From the NCBI GenBank assembly GCA_049700835.1, contig JBNAUL010000002.1, positions 208,275 to 272,274 of the forward strand: a DNA stretch of 64,000 bases, read 5' to 3'. The first letter of the stretch is position 1. Each line of letters opens with the position of its first letter. Positions 1 to 13,011 of this stretch are shown one piece after another. Source of the stretch: Candidatus Woesearchaeota archaeon (GTDB lineage Archaea; Nanobdellota; Nanobdellia; Woesearchaeales; WAPY01). The notes beneath the pieces were generated by a model. That model searched no databases. It was not told where the DNA came from and was given only the letters and a program-made list of their open reading frames with translations. Made by a program: the position numbers and the translations under genes.

Positions 1-2710
<2,710 letters not shown>

Positions 2711-2812
2711 TCATTAACATCAACCTTAACCTCCATTATAATATTCTTATAATGAAGGCAAACTCTTTTCAAATTCATTTATGAAAAGGATTTAACCTTA
2801 AATAATTTTAAA

Positions 2813-2936
2813 TGGACCTGTCGGGAATTTCAATGATTTTAGCATTTAAAAAATGCTAAAAGCTTGTTTGAACCCGAGGCCCCCGCCTTGCAAGGGCGAT
2901 GCTCTACCAGGCTGAGCTACAGGCCCATAAACGAAT
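2813..2936 (-). tRNA. tRNA-Ala (anticodon TGC) carrying a ~41-nt intron at a non-canonical position in the T-loop (about 59/60)
   Basis: The reverse complement gives GGGCCTG-TA-GCTC..GAGC-A-TCGCC-CTTGCAA-GGCGG..TCGGG-TTCAAA, then an insertion (about 2826-2866) with an internal hairpin TTTTAGCAT..ATGCTAAAA, then CCCGA-CAGGTCC-A. G3:U70, the identity element of tRNA-Ala, is present. The gene sits in the 16S-23S spacer. Confidence 0.7.
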
Positions 2937-2980
2937 ATGAAATAGAAGTGAGTAAAAAGGTTTTAAAATTTTAAAAATAA

Positions 2981-4493
<1,513 letters not shown>

Positions 4494-5040
4494 TGTTGCC
4501 AGTTATAGCTGATTGCCAGCTTATACTGAACACGACTATTGGTCGCAAGGTATTAAAGCACCTTTTTACTCACTTCTTTCATGCCTAATCCTAATTTGGT
4601 TAGGCATACACAAGGATCTTATTTTAAGAAAAGGAGGAGAATTGCACGGAAAATGCTTATTCCGGCATTAAAAAGTGAGTTCGGAGGTTATATTTAAATT
4701 TTTCGATTAAAAAGTATTGTTGCATCTACGGTGGTTTTGAAAAAATTAAAAATTCCGTTTCTTGACTTTAGAAATCGAAAATTGATTAGCAAAAATTAGC
4801 CCAAAATCATCTTTTCAACTTCTTCTTTAGCTTTCTCTAAAATTTCTTTTGCTTCTTTCTGCAACTGCTCTGCTCTCTGCATCCTTCTCTTTACTTCTTA
4901 TGCAATTTTGTTTTGAACTTCTAAAAGTGGAAGAGGGATTTTAAGATTTAATAAAAAATCTCTGTTAATTGCTGGCATTATTGCTCCTGTTGTTTCACGA
5001 TTTAGCAAAATTTGGTATAAAAGGCTTCTAAATAAGGCCC

Positions 5041-5160
5041 ACAAATAGTAATTCAATTTGCATCAATTCGTTTGCATCACATTGCATCTACAAATTGCAT
5101 CTACAAATTGCGACGCATTAGCATTACATCGCATTAGCATTATTATGCATTAATTACATG
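5041..5160. repeat. Cluster of short direct repeats upstream of the rRNA operon: TTGCATC ~5x, 13-bp TTGCATCTACAAA x2, 12-bp GCATTAGCATTA x2
   Basis: Read directly at 5060-5150. The cluster lies in a 700-bp non-coding stretch between the 16S 5' end (minus strand) and the kef-like gene 3' end. It is a candidate promoter or regulator array for the rRNA operon. Confidence 0.4.
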
Positions 5161-5288
5161 TTGTTTTTTTTATTCCCTTAATCATAGCATTGCTTTTGCA
5201 TCATTTTTGTCTTGCAGTTTTTATCTTGTCAATCTGATTTTGTCATTGCGTATCTTCATTTGCTTTTTTCATATCTTTTTTTCACATC

Positions 5289-7019
5289 TTATTTTCTCTC
5301 TATTTTTGGATGCTCATGCTTCTCCTCAATTCTCTTGTTAAGCTCTTTTAATTGCTTTTCTTTCTCTGCCTTATACTGCTTTATGCTTGTCCTTGCTTTC
5401 TCGATCAATCTTGAAGTAAATTCTCCTCCTAAGAAATGAGGAAGAATCACGAAATCAGCGCCTTCGTTGTATAGGTTTAATGCTTCCTTTATTTGCCTTG
5501 CAGTAAGTATTATAATTGCTCTCGGATTTGTTTTCTTGACTTCTTTTAAAATAGTAATGTTTGCTTCATAATCGGGTATTGTTGAGACAAAAATTTTTGT
5601 GTTTTTAAAATTCAACTGTTGAAGAAAATCAACATCAGAAGCATCCCCATAAATGCAGGGATGCCCTTCTCTTATTAATTTCTCAACGATTTCAGGGTTA
5701 AAATCCACTATCAAGAATTTCTTCTTCAACTTCAAAAAAGCGTTGAGTATTGAAAAACCAATTCTATTGTAACCAAATAAAATAAAATCAAAGTATTCCT
5801 TTTTTAACTCCTCTTTTCTTGTTTTCTTGAATTCAAGTATTGAAAGGTACTTTCCAATTTTGGAATAAATCTTATCTGCATACAGTATCATGTAAGTGGA
5901 ACCGGCAATTGTGATTATTCCAACTAATGTTACGAAGGAAAGAACATCCTTTGGCAGATGGCCAACCCGAACTCCTAAATTAATCAGTATCAAGGAAAAC
6001 TCTGATATTTGGGCAACAGTCAGGCCTGCTAAAAAACCTGTTTTCTTTGTATAGCCCAAAATTCCCATGAGTACCATTACAATAAAAGGGTTTCCAATTA
6101 GTATGAACAGTGAAAATAAAATTGTTGGAATTATCATCCTTGAAATATTGGTAAAAATCATTTGGCTGCCAAGGATTAAGAAAAAGAATATTATGAAGAA
6201 ATCCCTCAACGGCTTTAATTTTGAACTTATCTCATAACTGTATGGAAATATTGAAAGCAAAACTCCTGAAATAAGGGCTCCTATTTCCAATGTCAGCCCG
6301 ATATAATTAAACAAGAATGAAATTCCTAAACACCATGTTATTGCGAACAAAAACAAAAACTCTTGAGAATCTGCTAAGAATTCTCCAATCTTTTTTAATA
6401 CAAAATAACTTATTGCCACAAGCACGAACCCAACAAAAAGCCCGCTTAAAAGTTTCCATAAGATTGGCAGCAAAATCATAAGATTAAAATTCTCAAAATT
6501 CAATTGCGAAATTGAAGAGATTAAGAGCAGAATAAGCATTGCAATTAAATCCTGAACAAGCAGAAAGCCGATAGAGATTTTTCCATAAAGTTTGTCAAGA
6601 TCGTCTTTATCTGATAACAGTTTCATTATTATTATTGTTGAAGAGAATGTTAGTGCAACTGCGATGTATAGAGAGGTCAAAGAACTAAAGCCGAGCATTA
6701 ATCCAATGAAATAACCAATTATTGAGGTAAAAATCACTTGCCCAATTCCTGTTATCAAGGAAATCTTTCCAACTTCTTTTATCACCTTTGGAGAGAGGTT
6801 TAATCCTACAATAAAAAGCAAGAATGAAATTCCAATGCTTGAAAGAGTGTTTAACAATGTTGTTTCTCTAAGAATGTTCAAAAATAGTGGTCCTGTTATT
6901 ATCCCTGATAAAATATAGCCAATTATCAAAGGCTGTTTTAGCAGTTTTATTATTGTAGTAACTAAGAAAACAGTTAGGATTATGAGGCAAAGGCTTGCAA
7001 AAACAGCATTCATTGACAA
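5289..7019 (-). CDS. Cation:proton antiporter (CPA2/Kef-type) membrane protein with C-terminal TrkA-N (RCK) NAD-binding domain
   Basis: 576 aa. The N-terminal ~380 aa are polytopic membrane helices. The C-terminus reads FILFGYNRIGFSI...FLIVDFNPE...GDASDVDFL, a GxGxxG Rossmann RCK domain. Confidence 0.7.
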   Translation of the reverse strand: MSMNAVFASLCLIILTVFLVTTIIKLLKQPLIIGYILSGIITGPLFLNILRETTLLNTLSSIGISFLLFIVGLNLSPKVIKEVGKISLITGIGQVIFTSIIGYFIGLMLGFSSLTSLYIAVALTFSSTIIIMKLLSDKDDLDKLYGKISIGFLLVQDLIAMLILLLISSISQLNFENFNLMILLPILWKLLSGLFVGFVLVAISYFVLKKIGEFLADSQEFLFLFAITWCLGISFLFNYIGLTLEIGALISGVLLSIFPYSYEISSKLKPLRDFFIIFFFLILGSQMIFTNISRMIIPTILFSLFILIGNPFIVMVLMGILGYTKKTGFLAGLTVAQISEFSLILINLGVRVGHLPKDVLSFVTLVGIITIAGSTYMILYADKIYSKIGKYLSILEFKKTRKEELKKEYFDFILFGYNRIGFSILNAFLKLKKKFLIVDFNPEIVEKLIREGHPCIYGDASDVDFLQQLNFKNTKIFVSTIPDYEANITILKEVKKTNPRAIIILTARQIKEALNLYNEGADFVILPHFLGGEFTSRLIEKARTSIKQYKAEKEKQLKELNKRIEEKHEHPKIERK

Positions 7020-7138
7020 TCACCGCTTTTTAAGTTTTAAGCAATCAAAAAATATTCTTCTTTCTATTTAAAAGTTTTGTTTTAAAAAAACAGAAAATAA
7101 CAAAAGATTTTTTAATCAGAAAGAATTCTTCTTTTAAA

Positions 7139-8920
7139 ATGATTTCGGAGATTATTGCCAATTGGCTTGGAAAATTTTTAAGAGAAAAATACAATAGGAA
7201 AATAAGCTCTGATGTTTTGAACAAGATGATCTCAAAACCGCAGAAGAGGTTCGGAGATTTTTGCATCAATAGTTTCTTAATCGCAAGGGAGCTTAATGAA
7301 AGCAACGAGATTGTAGGAAAGAGTATTGTTTTTGAACTGCAAAAGGAAAATCCTGGCTGGCTTGAAAGGGCAGAATTTCTTAATGGATACATCAACATCT
7401 TCCTTAACAAATCATACTTTGGAAAGAGTATAATCTTAGGAATATTAAAAGAAAAAGAAGAAAAAGAAAAAAAAACGAAAGGAGGAGAAAACAAGAAAAG
7501 AAAAAAGAGAATTATCATAGAACACACATCTATAAATCCTTCTGGTCCTGTAAATGTTGGGAGGATAAGAAATTCTTTCATCGGGGACACTCTAGTTAGG
7601 GTCTATAAGGAACTTGGTTTTAAAGTCAGGGCGCATTACTATGTAAACGATGTTGGAAAACAAGTTGCAATAATTGCGTGGGCTAAAAAAAACAATATTG
7701 AGGAGGATGAAAGTTTAAAAGAAAAATTCAAGGACTATGCTGACAGGCCTGATTTTAAAACAATGTTCATATATGTTCCTGCGTATAAAATAATTTCAAC
7801 AAACCAAGAGCATGCCAAAGAAGTTGAAGAACTTATAAAACTCTGCGAGTTAGGAGAAAAGAAAAATCTAAGCCTAATGAGAGAAACAGCAGAATATTGC
7901 CTTGAAGGACAGAAAAAAACCCTTGAGAGATTCAACATAAGGTTTGACAGTTTTGATTTTGAGAGCGCTTTATTGGAGAACAATAAAACCCAAGAATTCA
8001 TTGAGAAATTAAAAAAATTGAAGGAATACAAAGTTGTGAATGGAAACCATGTTCTTGATTTTGAAAAGTATGGATTTAAGAGCAGATTCGGCGGGATTGT
8101 TTTTCAGAGAGCAAATGGGACTTCTGTTTATCTGAGCAGGGATGTTGCATACCATGCTTGGAAAAAAACCCTTGCTGACAAGATGATAAATGTTTTGGGA
8201 GAGGATCATAAAGTTGAATTCAAGGTTCTAAAGCAGGTTCTTAAACTGCTAAGGATAATAAAGAGGGAGAGCGAGTTTGAGGTTGTGCATTTTTCATTCG
8301 TTGGATTGAAAGAAGGAAAACTTTCAACAAGGGTTGGTAGGATAATTCCAGCAGACCATGTGCTTGATGAAGGAAAGAGAAAAGTTATCTCAATTATGGG
8401 TGAAAAAATTCAAAGCGCTGAAAGAGAAGAAACAGCAGAAAAAATCGCGTCTTCAGCGATAAGATATTTTGAGTTAAGGATTAATCCTGAAAAGCAGATA
8501 GTTTTTGATTGGGATTCTGCATTGAGTTTTGAAGGGCAGACAGGCCCATACCTACAGTATGCCCTTGTTAGAGCCAAGAAAATAATATTAAAATCAGGTT
8601 TGAACGAAGATGAGATAAGAAGGATTGCAAGAAAGGTTGATTACAGTAGGTTAAACACTGATGAGGAAAAAGACCTCATAATAAAGATGGACGAGTTCAA
8701 AGAAGTTCTTGAACAAACAGCGCTAAAAAATTCTCCTCACATTCTGGCAAATTACGCTTATGAACTTGCAACATCATTCACAAACTTTTACGAAAAGGTA
8801 AGGGTTATCGGAGAGGAAGAAGATTTAAGAAACGCAAGAGTTATTCTTGTTCTTGCTTTCGCAATCCTTTTCAAAAAAGTTATTAGCATATTAGGACTTC
8901 AGGAAGTTGAAGAAATGTAA
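7139..8920 (+). CDS. argS: Arginyl-tRNA synthetase
   Basis: 593 aa. Class-I motifs EHTSINPSGPVNVGRIRNS (the HIGH-region variant of ArgRS) and the YYVNDVGKQV anticodon-binding region are present. The C-terminus ends in M, as is typical. Confidence 0.85.
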   Translation: MISEIIANWLGKFLREKYNRKISSDVLNKMISKPQKRFGDFCINSFLIARELNESNEIVGKSIVFELQKENPGWLERAEFLNGYINIFLNKSYFGKSIILGILKEKEEKEKKTKGGENKKRKKRIIIEHTSINPSGPVNVGRIRNSFIGDTLVRVYKELGFKVRAHYYVNDVGKQVAIIAWAKKNNIEEDESLKEKFKDYADRPDFKTMFIYVPAYKIISTNQEHAKEVEELIKLCELGEKKNLSLMRETAEYCLEGQKKTLERFNIRFDSFDFESALLENNKTQEFIEKLKKLKEYKVVNGNHVLDFEKYGFKSRFGGIVFQRANGTSVYLSRDVAYHAWKKTLADKMINVLGEDHKVEFKVLKQVLKLLRIIKRESEFEVVHFSFVGLKEGKLSTRVGRIIPADHVLDEGKRKVISIMGEKIQSAEREETAEKIASSAIRYFELRINPEKQIVFDWDSALSFEGQTGPYLQYALVRAKKIILKSGLNEDEIRRIARKVDYSRLNTDEEKDLIIKMDEFKEVLEQTALKNSPHILANYAYELATSFTNFYEKVRVIGEEEDLRNARVILVLAFAILFKKVISILGLQEVEEM

Positions 8921-9017
8921 ATGAATGCAAATAATTTAAATTAATTAAAAAGCATTGGAGCAAAAAATAAAAATAAAAAATTTTACAAAAATTTTGTTCT
9001 GCAGAATATTCTTTTCA

Positions 9018-10037
9018 TCATTTCCAAAAAACAAGCACATCGTCAGTCCTCTCGTAAGGGTTGAAGTTTGGTTTTTCAATCTCTTGCTCTGATTTTATTG
9101 CAGAAAACCTATTTTTATCAGAAAGATACATTTTATAGCCGAGCCAAGCAATCATCGCTCCATTGTCAACAAGCAACTGATTTTCAGGAATGAAAACCTT
9201 TATTCTGTTTTCAGAACCCATCTTCAAGCACATCTCCTGCAATCTCTTGTTGCAGCAAACTCCTCCTCCAAGCAAGAGTTCTTTTTTGTTGCAGTGGAAC
9301 AAAGCCCTCTCTGTAACTTCTAAGAGCATTGCAAATACCGTTTCCTGCACAGAATAGCATAAATCCTCAATGCTGTAATCAACACTTCCTGATTTTATGA
9401 GTTTTATTTTTTCCTTGCAATTTGTTAGTATTCCACCAAAAGAAACATCCATGCCTTTTACAACATATGGCAGCTCAACATACTTCTTTCCATTTAGTGC
9501 CAATTCATATATCTTAGGCCCTCCTGGGAAACCAATTCCAAGTTCTCTTGCAAATGTATCCAAAAAATTTCCAATTCCAATATCAATTGTCTCTCCAAAA
9601 ACCCTGTATTTTCCTGATTCGTAAGCAATGACCTGAGTGTTTGCTCCTGAAGCATAGAGCAGTATAGGATCTTTTACATTTCCCAACAGAGAACCAATTT
9701 CCAAATGCGCAATGCAGTGATTTGCTCCTACAATCGGGCTTTGGATTTTGTAGGAGAGTTCAGCAGCAAATCTTGTTCCAACTCTTAAGCAAGGTACTAA
9801 TCCAGGCCCTTGGGAAAAAGCTATCAAATCAACATCCTCTAAACTTATGCCTGCAATTTCAAGAGCTTTGTTTAAGACCTCTTCTTTTACGAGTTCGTGA
9901 TGTTTTCCTGCTTCTGCAGGAATTATTCCTCCTGAAGTTGTTGTGTAAGTATGTCTCTCATTTGCAAGAATTTTCTTTCTGTTAAGGATTCCGATTCCAA
10001 ATGTGTGTGCTGTTGATTCTATTCCAAGAACAATCAT
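9018..10037 (-). CDS. kae1: tRNA N6-adenosine threonylcarbamoyltransferase Kae1 (KEOPS catalytic subunit), stand-alone and not fused to Bud32
   Basis: 339 aa. MIVLGIESTAHTFGIGI, the HH metal-binding motifs, and the ASKH/HSP70-actin fold pattern of the Kae1/TsaD family. Confidence 0.85.
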   Translation of the reverse strand: MIVLGIESTAHTFGIGILNRKKILANERHTYTTTSGGIIPAEAGKHHELVKEEVLNKALEIAGISLEDVDLIAFSQGPGLVPCLRVGTRFAAELSYKIQSPIVGANHCIAHLEIGSLLGNVKDPILLYASGANTQVIAYESGKYRVFGETIDIGIGNFLDTFARELGIGFPGGPKIYELALNGKKYVELPYVVKGMDVSFGGILTNCKEKIKLIKSGSVDYSIEDLCYSVQETVFAMLLEVTERALFHCNKKELLLGGGVCCNKRLQEMCLKMGSENRIKVFIPENQLLVDNGAMIAWLGYKMYLSDKNRFSAIKSEQEIEKPNFNPYERTDDVLVFWK

Positions 10038-10110
10038 TCATAAAAGGTTTTTAATTGCATTTAAAAATTTTTTCACAAAATTTTTAAACTGATAAAAAAA
10101 ACTCTTTGTT

Positions 10111-10878
10111 ATGTGGAAGGTTGCAGAGGTTTCAGCATTCAACAAGAGAGAACTAAACAATTCTTGGCTGATTGAGGGATTACCTGGCATTGGAAATGTT
10201 GGAAAGATAGCAGTTGATTTCATGATAGAACAGTTAAAGCCAAAAAAGATTTACGAGTTCAGTTCTCACTACATGCCTCCTTATGTTTATGTCAAAGAAA
10301 ACAATCTTGTTGATATGCCAAAAATAGAACTTTCTTACAAGAAAATAAACAACAACAGTTTCCTGTTCTTGTCCGGAGATTTTCAGCCGATGGAAGAAGC
10401 GCCTTCGTTTGAGTTTGCAGAAACAGTTATCAACCTTTTCCAAAGATTGAAAGGAAGCAGAATAATAACCCTTGGAGGAATAGGATTATCCAACATTCCA
10501 AAAGAGCCGAAGGTTTATTGCACTGGTAACGACGAAAAATTCCTGAATGAGTTTATAAAGGACACAAATTTAAACAGCAAATTGTTTGGTTTGGTTGGGC
10601 CGATAATGGGGGCAGCAGGATTGTTCTTAGGAGTTGCAAAGAAAAAGAACATCCCTGCAGTTGCCTTGCTTGCAGAGACATTCGGACATCCTATGTACAT
10701 CGGAATAAAAGGTTCAAGGGAAATCGTAAAGGCGCTGAATAAAAAACTTGATTTTGGAATAAACCTTTCAAAATTTGACAAGCAGATAGAGGACTTTGAA
10801 AAACAGATACTATCAAAATTCTCAATGGATATTCAAAAGCCAAAAACAAAACCAGGGGAATTAAACTACATTGGATGA
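10111..10878 (+). CDS. Proteasome assembly chaperone family protein (PAC2/COG1938)
   Basis: 255 aa. N-terminal LIEGLPGIGNVGKIAVDFMIEQL is characteristic of archaeal PAC2-family proteins. Confidence 0.6.
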   Translation: MWKVAEVSAFNKRELNNSWLIEGLPGIGNVGKIAVDFMIEQLKPKKIYEFSSHYMPPYVYVKENNLVDMPKIELSYKKINNNSFLFLSGDFQPMEEAPSFEFAETVINLFQRLKGSRIITLGGIGLSNIPKEPKVYCTGNDEKFLNEFIKDTNLNSKLFGLVGPIMGAAGLFLGVAKKKNIPAVALLAETFGHPMYIGIKGSREIVKALNKKLDFGINLSKFDKQIEDFEKQILSKFSMDIQKPKTKPGELNYIG

Positions 10879-10952
10879 TTTTTTCCTTGCTGCGCAGGCA
10901 TACTCATAAAATAGAGATCAACAAAAAAATAAAAACAAAAGAAGGTGTGAAA

Positions 10953-11291
10953 ATGGATGAAGAAACAACGAATGAAGAAACAATAAGTTTGGGAGGCAAC
11001 ATAGAACTTTCAGGTTTCAAGGAATTTGACAGAGGAACAATGGTTGTTGTAAAGAAGATAGTTGGAAACAACACAAAAAAGATTTCAACAATGACGCCAA
11101 ACTTTGAAAAGATTTCCCTGCACCTGAAAAAAATACATGGGGAATCAGAAGAAGAAAAGGGGCTTTTTGAGCTTCACGCAAAGCTGTTTACAGGAGGAAA
11201 ACAATACATTGCGCACTCAAACGAGAGAAACCTGTTCTTCGCGCTCTCTGATGTTTTTGAAAAACTTGAAAAACAGCTGCAAAACAAATAA
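10953..11291 (+). CDS. Small protein with a RaiA/HPF-like C-terminus (possible ribosome hibernation/ribosome-associated inhibitor fold)
   Basis: The ORF track starts at 10875 and overlaps the end of the PAC2 gene. The probable start is the ATG at 10953, which is preceded by GGTG. The C-terminal helix NLFFALSDVFEKLEKQLQNK resembles the HPF/YfiA signature ..MYTAINELINKLERQLNK.., and the preceding beta-rich segment fits the same fold. The similarity is weak and judged by eye only. Confidence 0.3.
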   Translation: MDEETTNEETISLGGNIELSGFKEFDRGTMVVVKKIVGNNTKKISTMTPNFEKISLHLKKIHGESEEEKGLFELHAKLFTGGKQYIAHSNERNLFFALSDVFEKLEKQLQNK

Positions 11292-11370
11292 GCAAGTAAT
11301 TAAAAAGAAAAAACGCAAACTTTTGGTTTCAAATTTTTAAGGACAAATTTTTTAATCATCTAGGAGGTCT

Positions 11371-12972
11371 ATGAGTATAATTAAAAAAAGGAACAGCGCT
11401 ATTGAACACAGCGCTCTTGGAGAGATTAAAAGATTAAAGTTTGCAAGAGAAGGATTTGTCTTTTTAGTTGAATTCTTTATCTTTACATTCTTCATTTTTG
11501 CTTTCCTTAGTTTAAATGCATTGTGTGAGAATGAAGAATCTTACAATGAAAGTTATAATAAAAGTTATAATGAAACTTTCAATGTAACAAGAAATCCTGT
11601 TGTTGGCTACAATGAAATGCTTGTTTTCATATGCGATAACCAAAGTTTGACAAACCAGACCAATGCGTCTGGTTTAAGGAGCGTGATGGTCTATGAAAAG
11701 AGCAACGAGAGCAATGAAAGCAACAAACAACTGAAAATAATATTCAACATTGATTTTAACATTTCAGAACTAAATCTTTCAAGAATATCAGTGCTTACAG
11801 AAAATAATGACCAAAACAAAACATTCGGCTATACAATAATAAACGGTTTAGAAGGAATTCTAAAGAATGCATTTGTGACAAAACTTGCGAATTACAGTTT
11901 TGTCTGCGTCAAGGATTCTCAAGTAAGCAGCAAAGGAGATTTCAGCATTTATTGCAATTCAACAGATGAAATTTTGTTGAAATGCGAGAGCTCAAACGAA
12001 AGTTTTGATTATAAAAATTTAATTTCTGAAAAGAAGTGCTTTATTTTTAACAACTCTTATTTGGTTACAGGAATCAACAATTCAGGAATACTTGAGGGTT
12101 GTTTTCCAAACTATTCATGCTCTGAATGGAGCAACTGCATTTCAGGATTTAAGAGCAGAGTATGCAATGATTTAAACAACTGTTCAAGCAGTATAACAGA
12201 AACCCAAAATTGCACCTGCATCAGCAATTGGAGTTGTTCTGAATGGAGTTCTTGCGTTTATCATAAGAGGAAAAGGACTTGCATAGATATCTCAAATTGC
12301 AGTTCGCAAAGAATAGAGGAAGAGAGCTGCAGTTGCACCCCTTCTTACACTGACTGCAGCGAATGGAGCGAATGCGCAAACGGCGTTTCAATAAGGGTAT
12401 GCGAGGATGCTTTAGAATGCACTGAAGAGCGAAAGGTTGAAACAAGAAAGTGCTCTCAGAACAACCAAAATGCAATTGCTGCAAACATCGCAAATACTCA
12501 AGCAGCAATGGTTGTTTTGAATGTAAGCAATTCAAGCAACAAAAGCAATGCAGACATCCAAAGATATCAAAGCATGAATGAGCTCTCAGGAAGTTCAGAA
12601 GAAAGTACAGAAATTGACAGAGAAATTAATTTAAACAAAAGCAATGAAAACCAATCCTTAAATTCAGGATTTAATAAGGAAAATTCTTTGAGTTATTTAA
12701 AAAGTTTTGGTTCCAAAAATAGCATCCTTTTAAACTACAGAAATCTAATAACAGGTTTTGTAACAAAGAATTTTAATCAGAATTTTAGAACCACCGCAAC
12801 CCCGCTAATAATTTTTATTCTAATAATCTGCTCTTTGATTTTATCTACTGTTTATGCTAAGAGAAAGAGTTCAAAAAGGATAATAGTTGATGTTGACAAG
12901 CTTGAGAAAAAGAAACTCTTCAGCAGCAAGCCAAGAGAACAAGATGAAAAAAACAGAAAACTGAATTTTTAA
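11371..12972 (+). CDS. Secreted or surface glycoprotein with N-terminal signal/TM, three tandem ~40-aa Cys motifs (CSEWSxC...C...C) and a C-terminal TM anchor
   Basis: 533 aa. A TAGGAGGT Shine-Dalgarno precedes the ATG. There are many NxS/T sequons. CSEWSNC / CSEWSSC / CSEWSEC repeat three times, each followed by R-x-C-x-D and N-C/E-C. The C-terminal hydrophobic helix TPLIIFILIICSLILSTVY is followed by KRKSSKR. Confidence 0.5.
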   Translation: MSIIKKRNSAIEHSALGEIKRLKFAREGFVFLVEFFIFTFFIFAFLSLNALCENEESYNESYNKSYNETFNVTRNPVVGYNEMLVFICDNQSLTNQTNASGLRSVMVYEKSNESNESNKQLKIIFNIDFNISELNLSRISVLTENNDQNKTFGYTIINGLEGILKNAFVTKLANYSFVCVKDSQVSSKGDFSIYCNSTDEILLKCESSNESFDYKNLISEKKCFIFNNSYLVTGINNSGILEGCFPNYSCSEWSNCISGFKSRVCNDLNNCSSSITETQNCTCISNWSCSEWSSCVYHKRKRTCIDISNCSSQRIEEESCSCTPSYTDCSEWSECANGVSIRVCEDALECTEERKVETRKCSQNNQNAIAANIANTQAAMVVLNVSNSSNKSNADIQRYQSMNELSGSSEESTEIDREINLNKSNENQSLNSGFNKENSLSYLKSFGSKNSILLNYRNLITGFVTKNFNQNFRTTATPLIIFILIICSLILSTVYAKRKSSKRIIVDVDKLEKKKLFSSKPREQDEKNRKLNF

Positions 12973-13011
12973 ACAAAAGATTTATTAATCACTCATAAAT
13001 AACAAAATATT

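Noticed and set aside
4588-4616. 8-bp inverted repeat ATGCCTAA...TTAGGCAT just upstream of the 16S gene as a possible regulator site
   Set aside because: It is more likely part of the rRNA leader/processing-stem region that pairs around 16S. It is not interpretable without the full processing-stem context.
7045-7590. 181-aa ORF antisense to the argS 5' region
   Set aside because: Low-complexity F/L/S-rich translation of the AT/poly-A rich strand opposite a well-supported argS.
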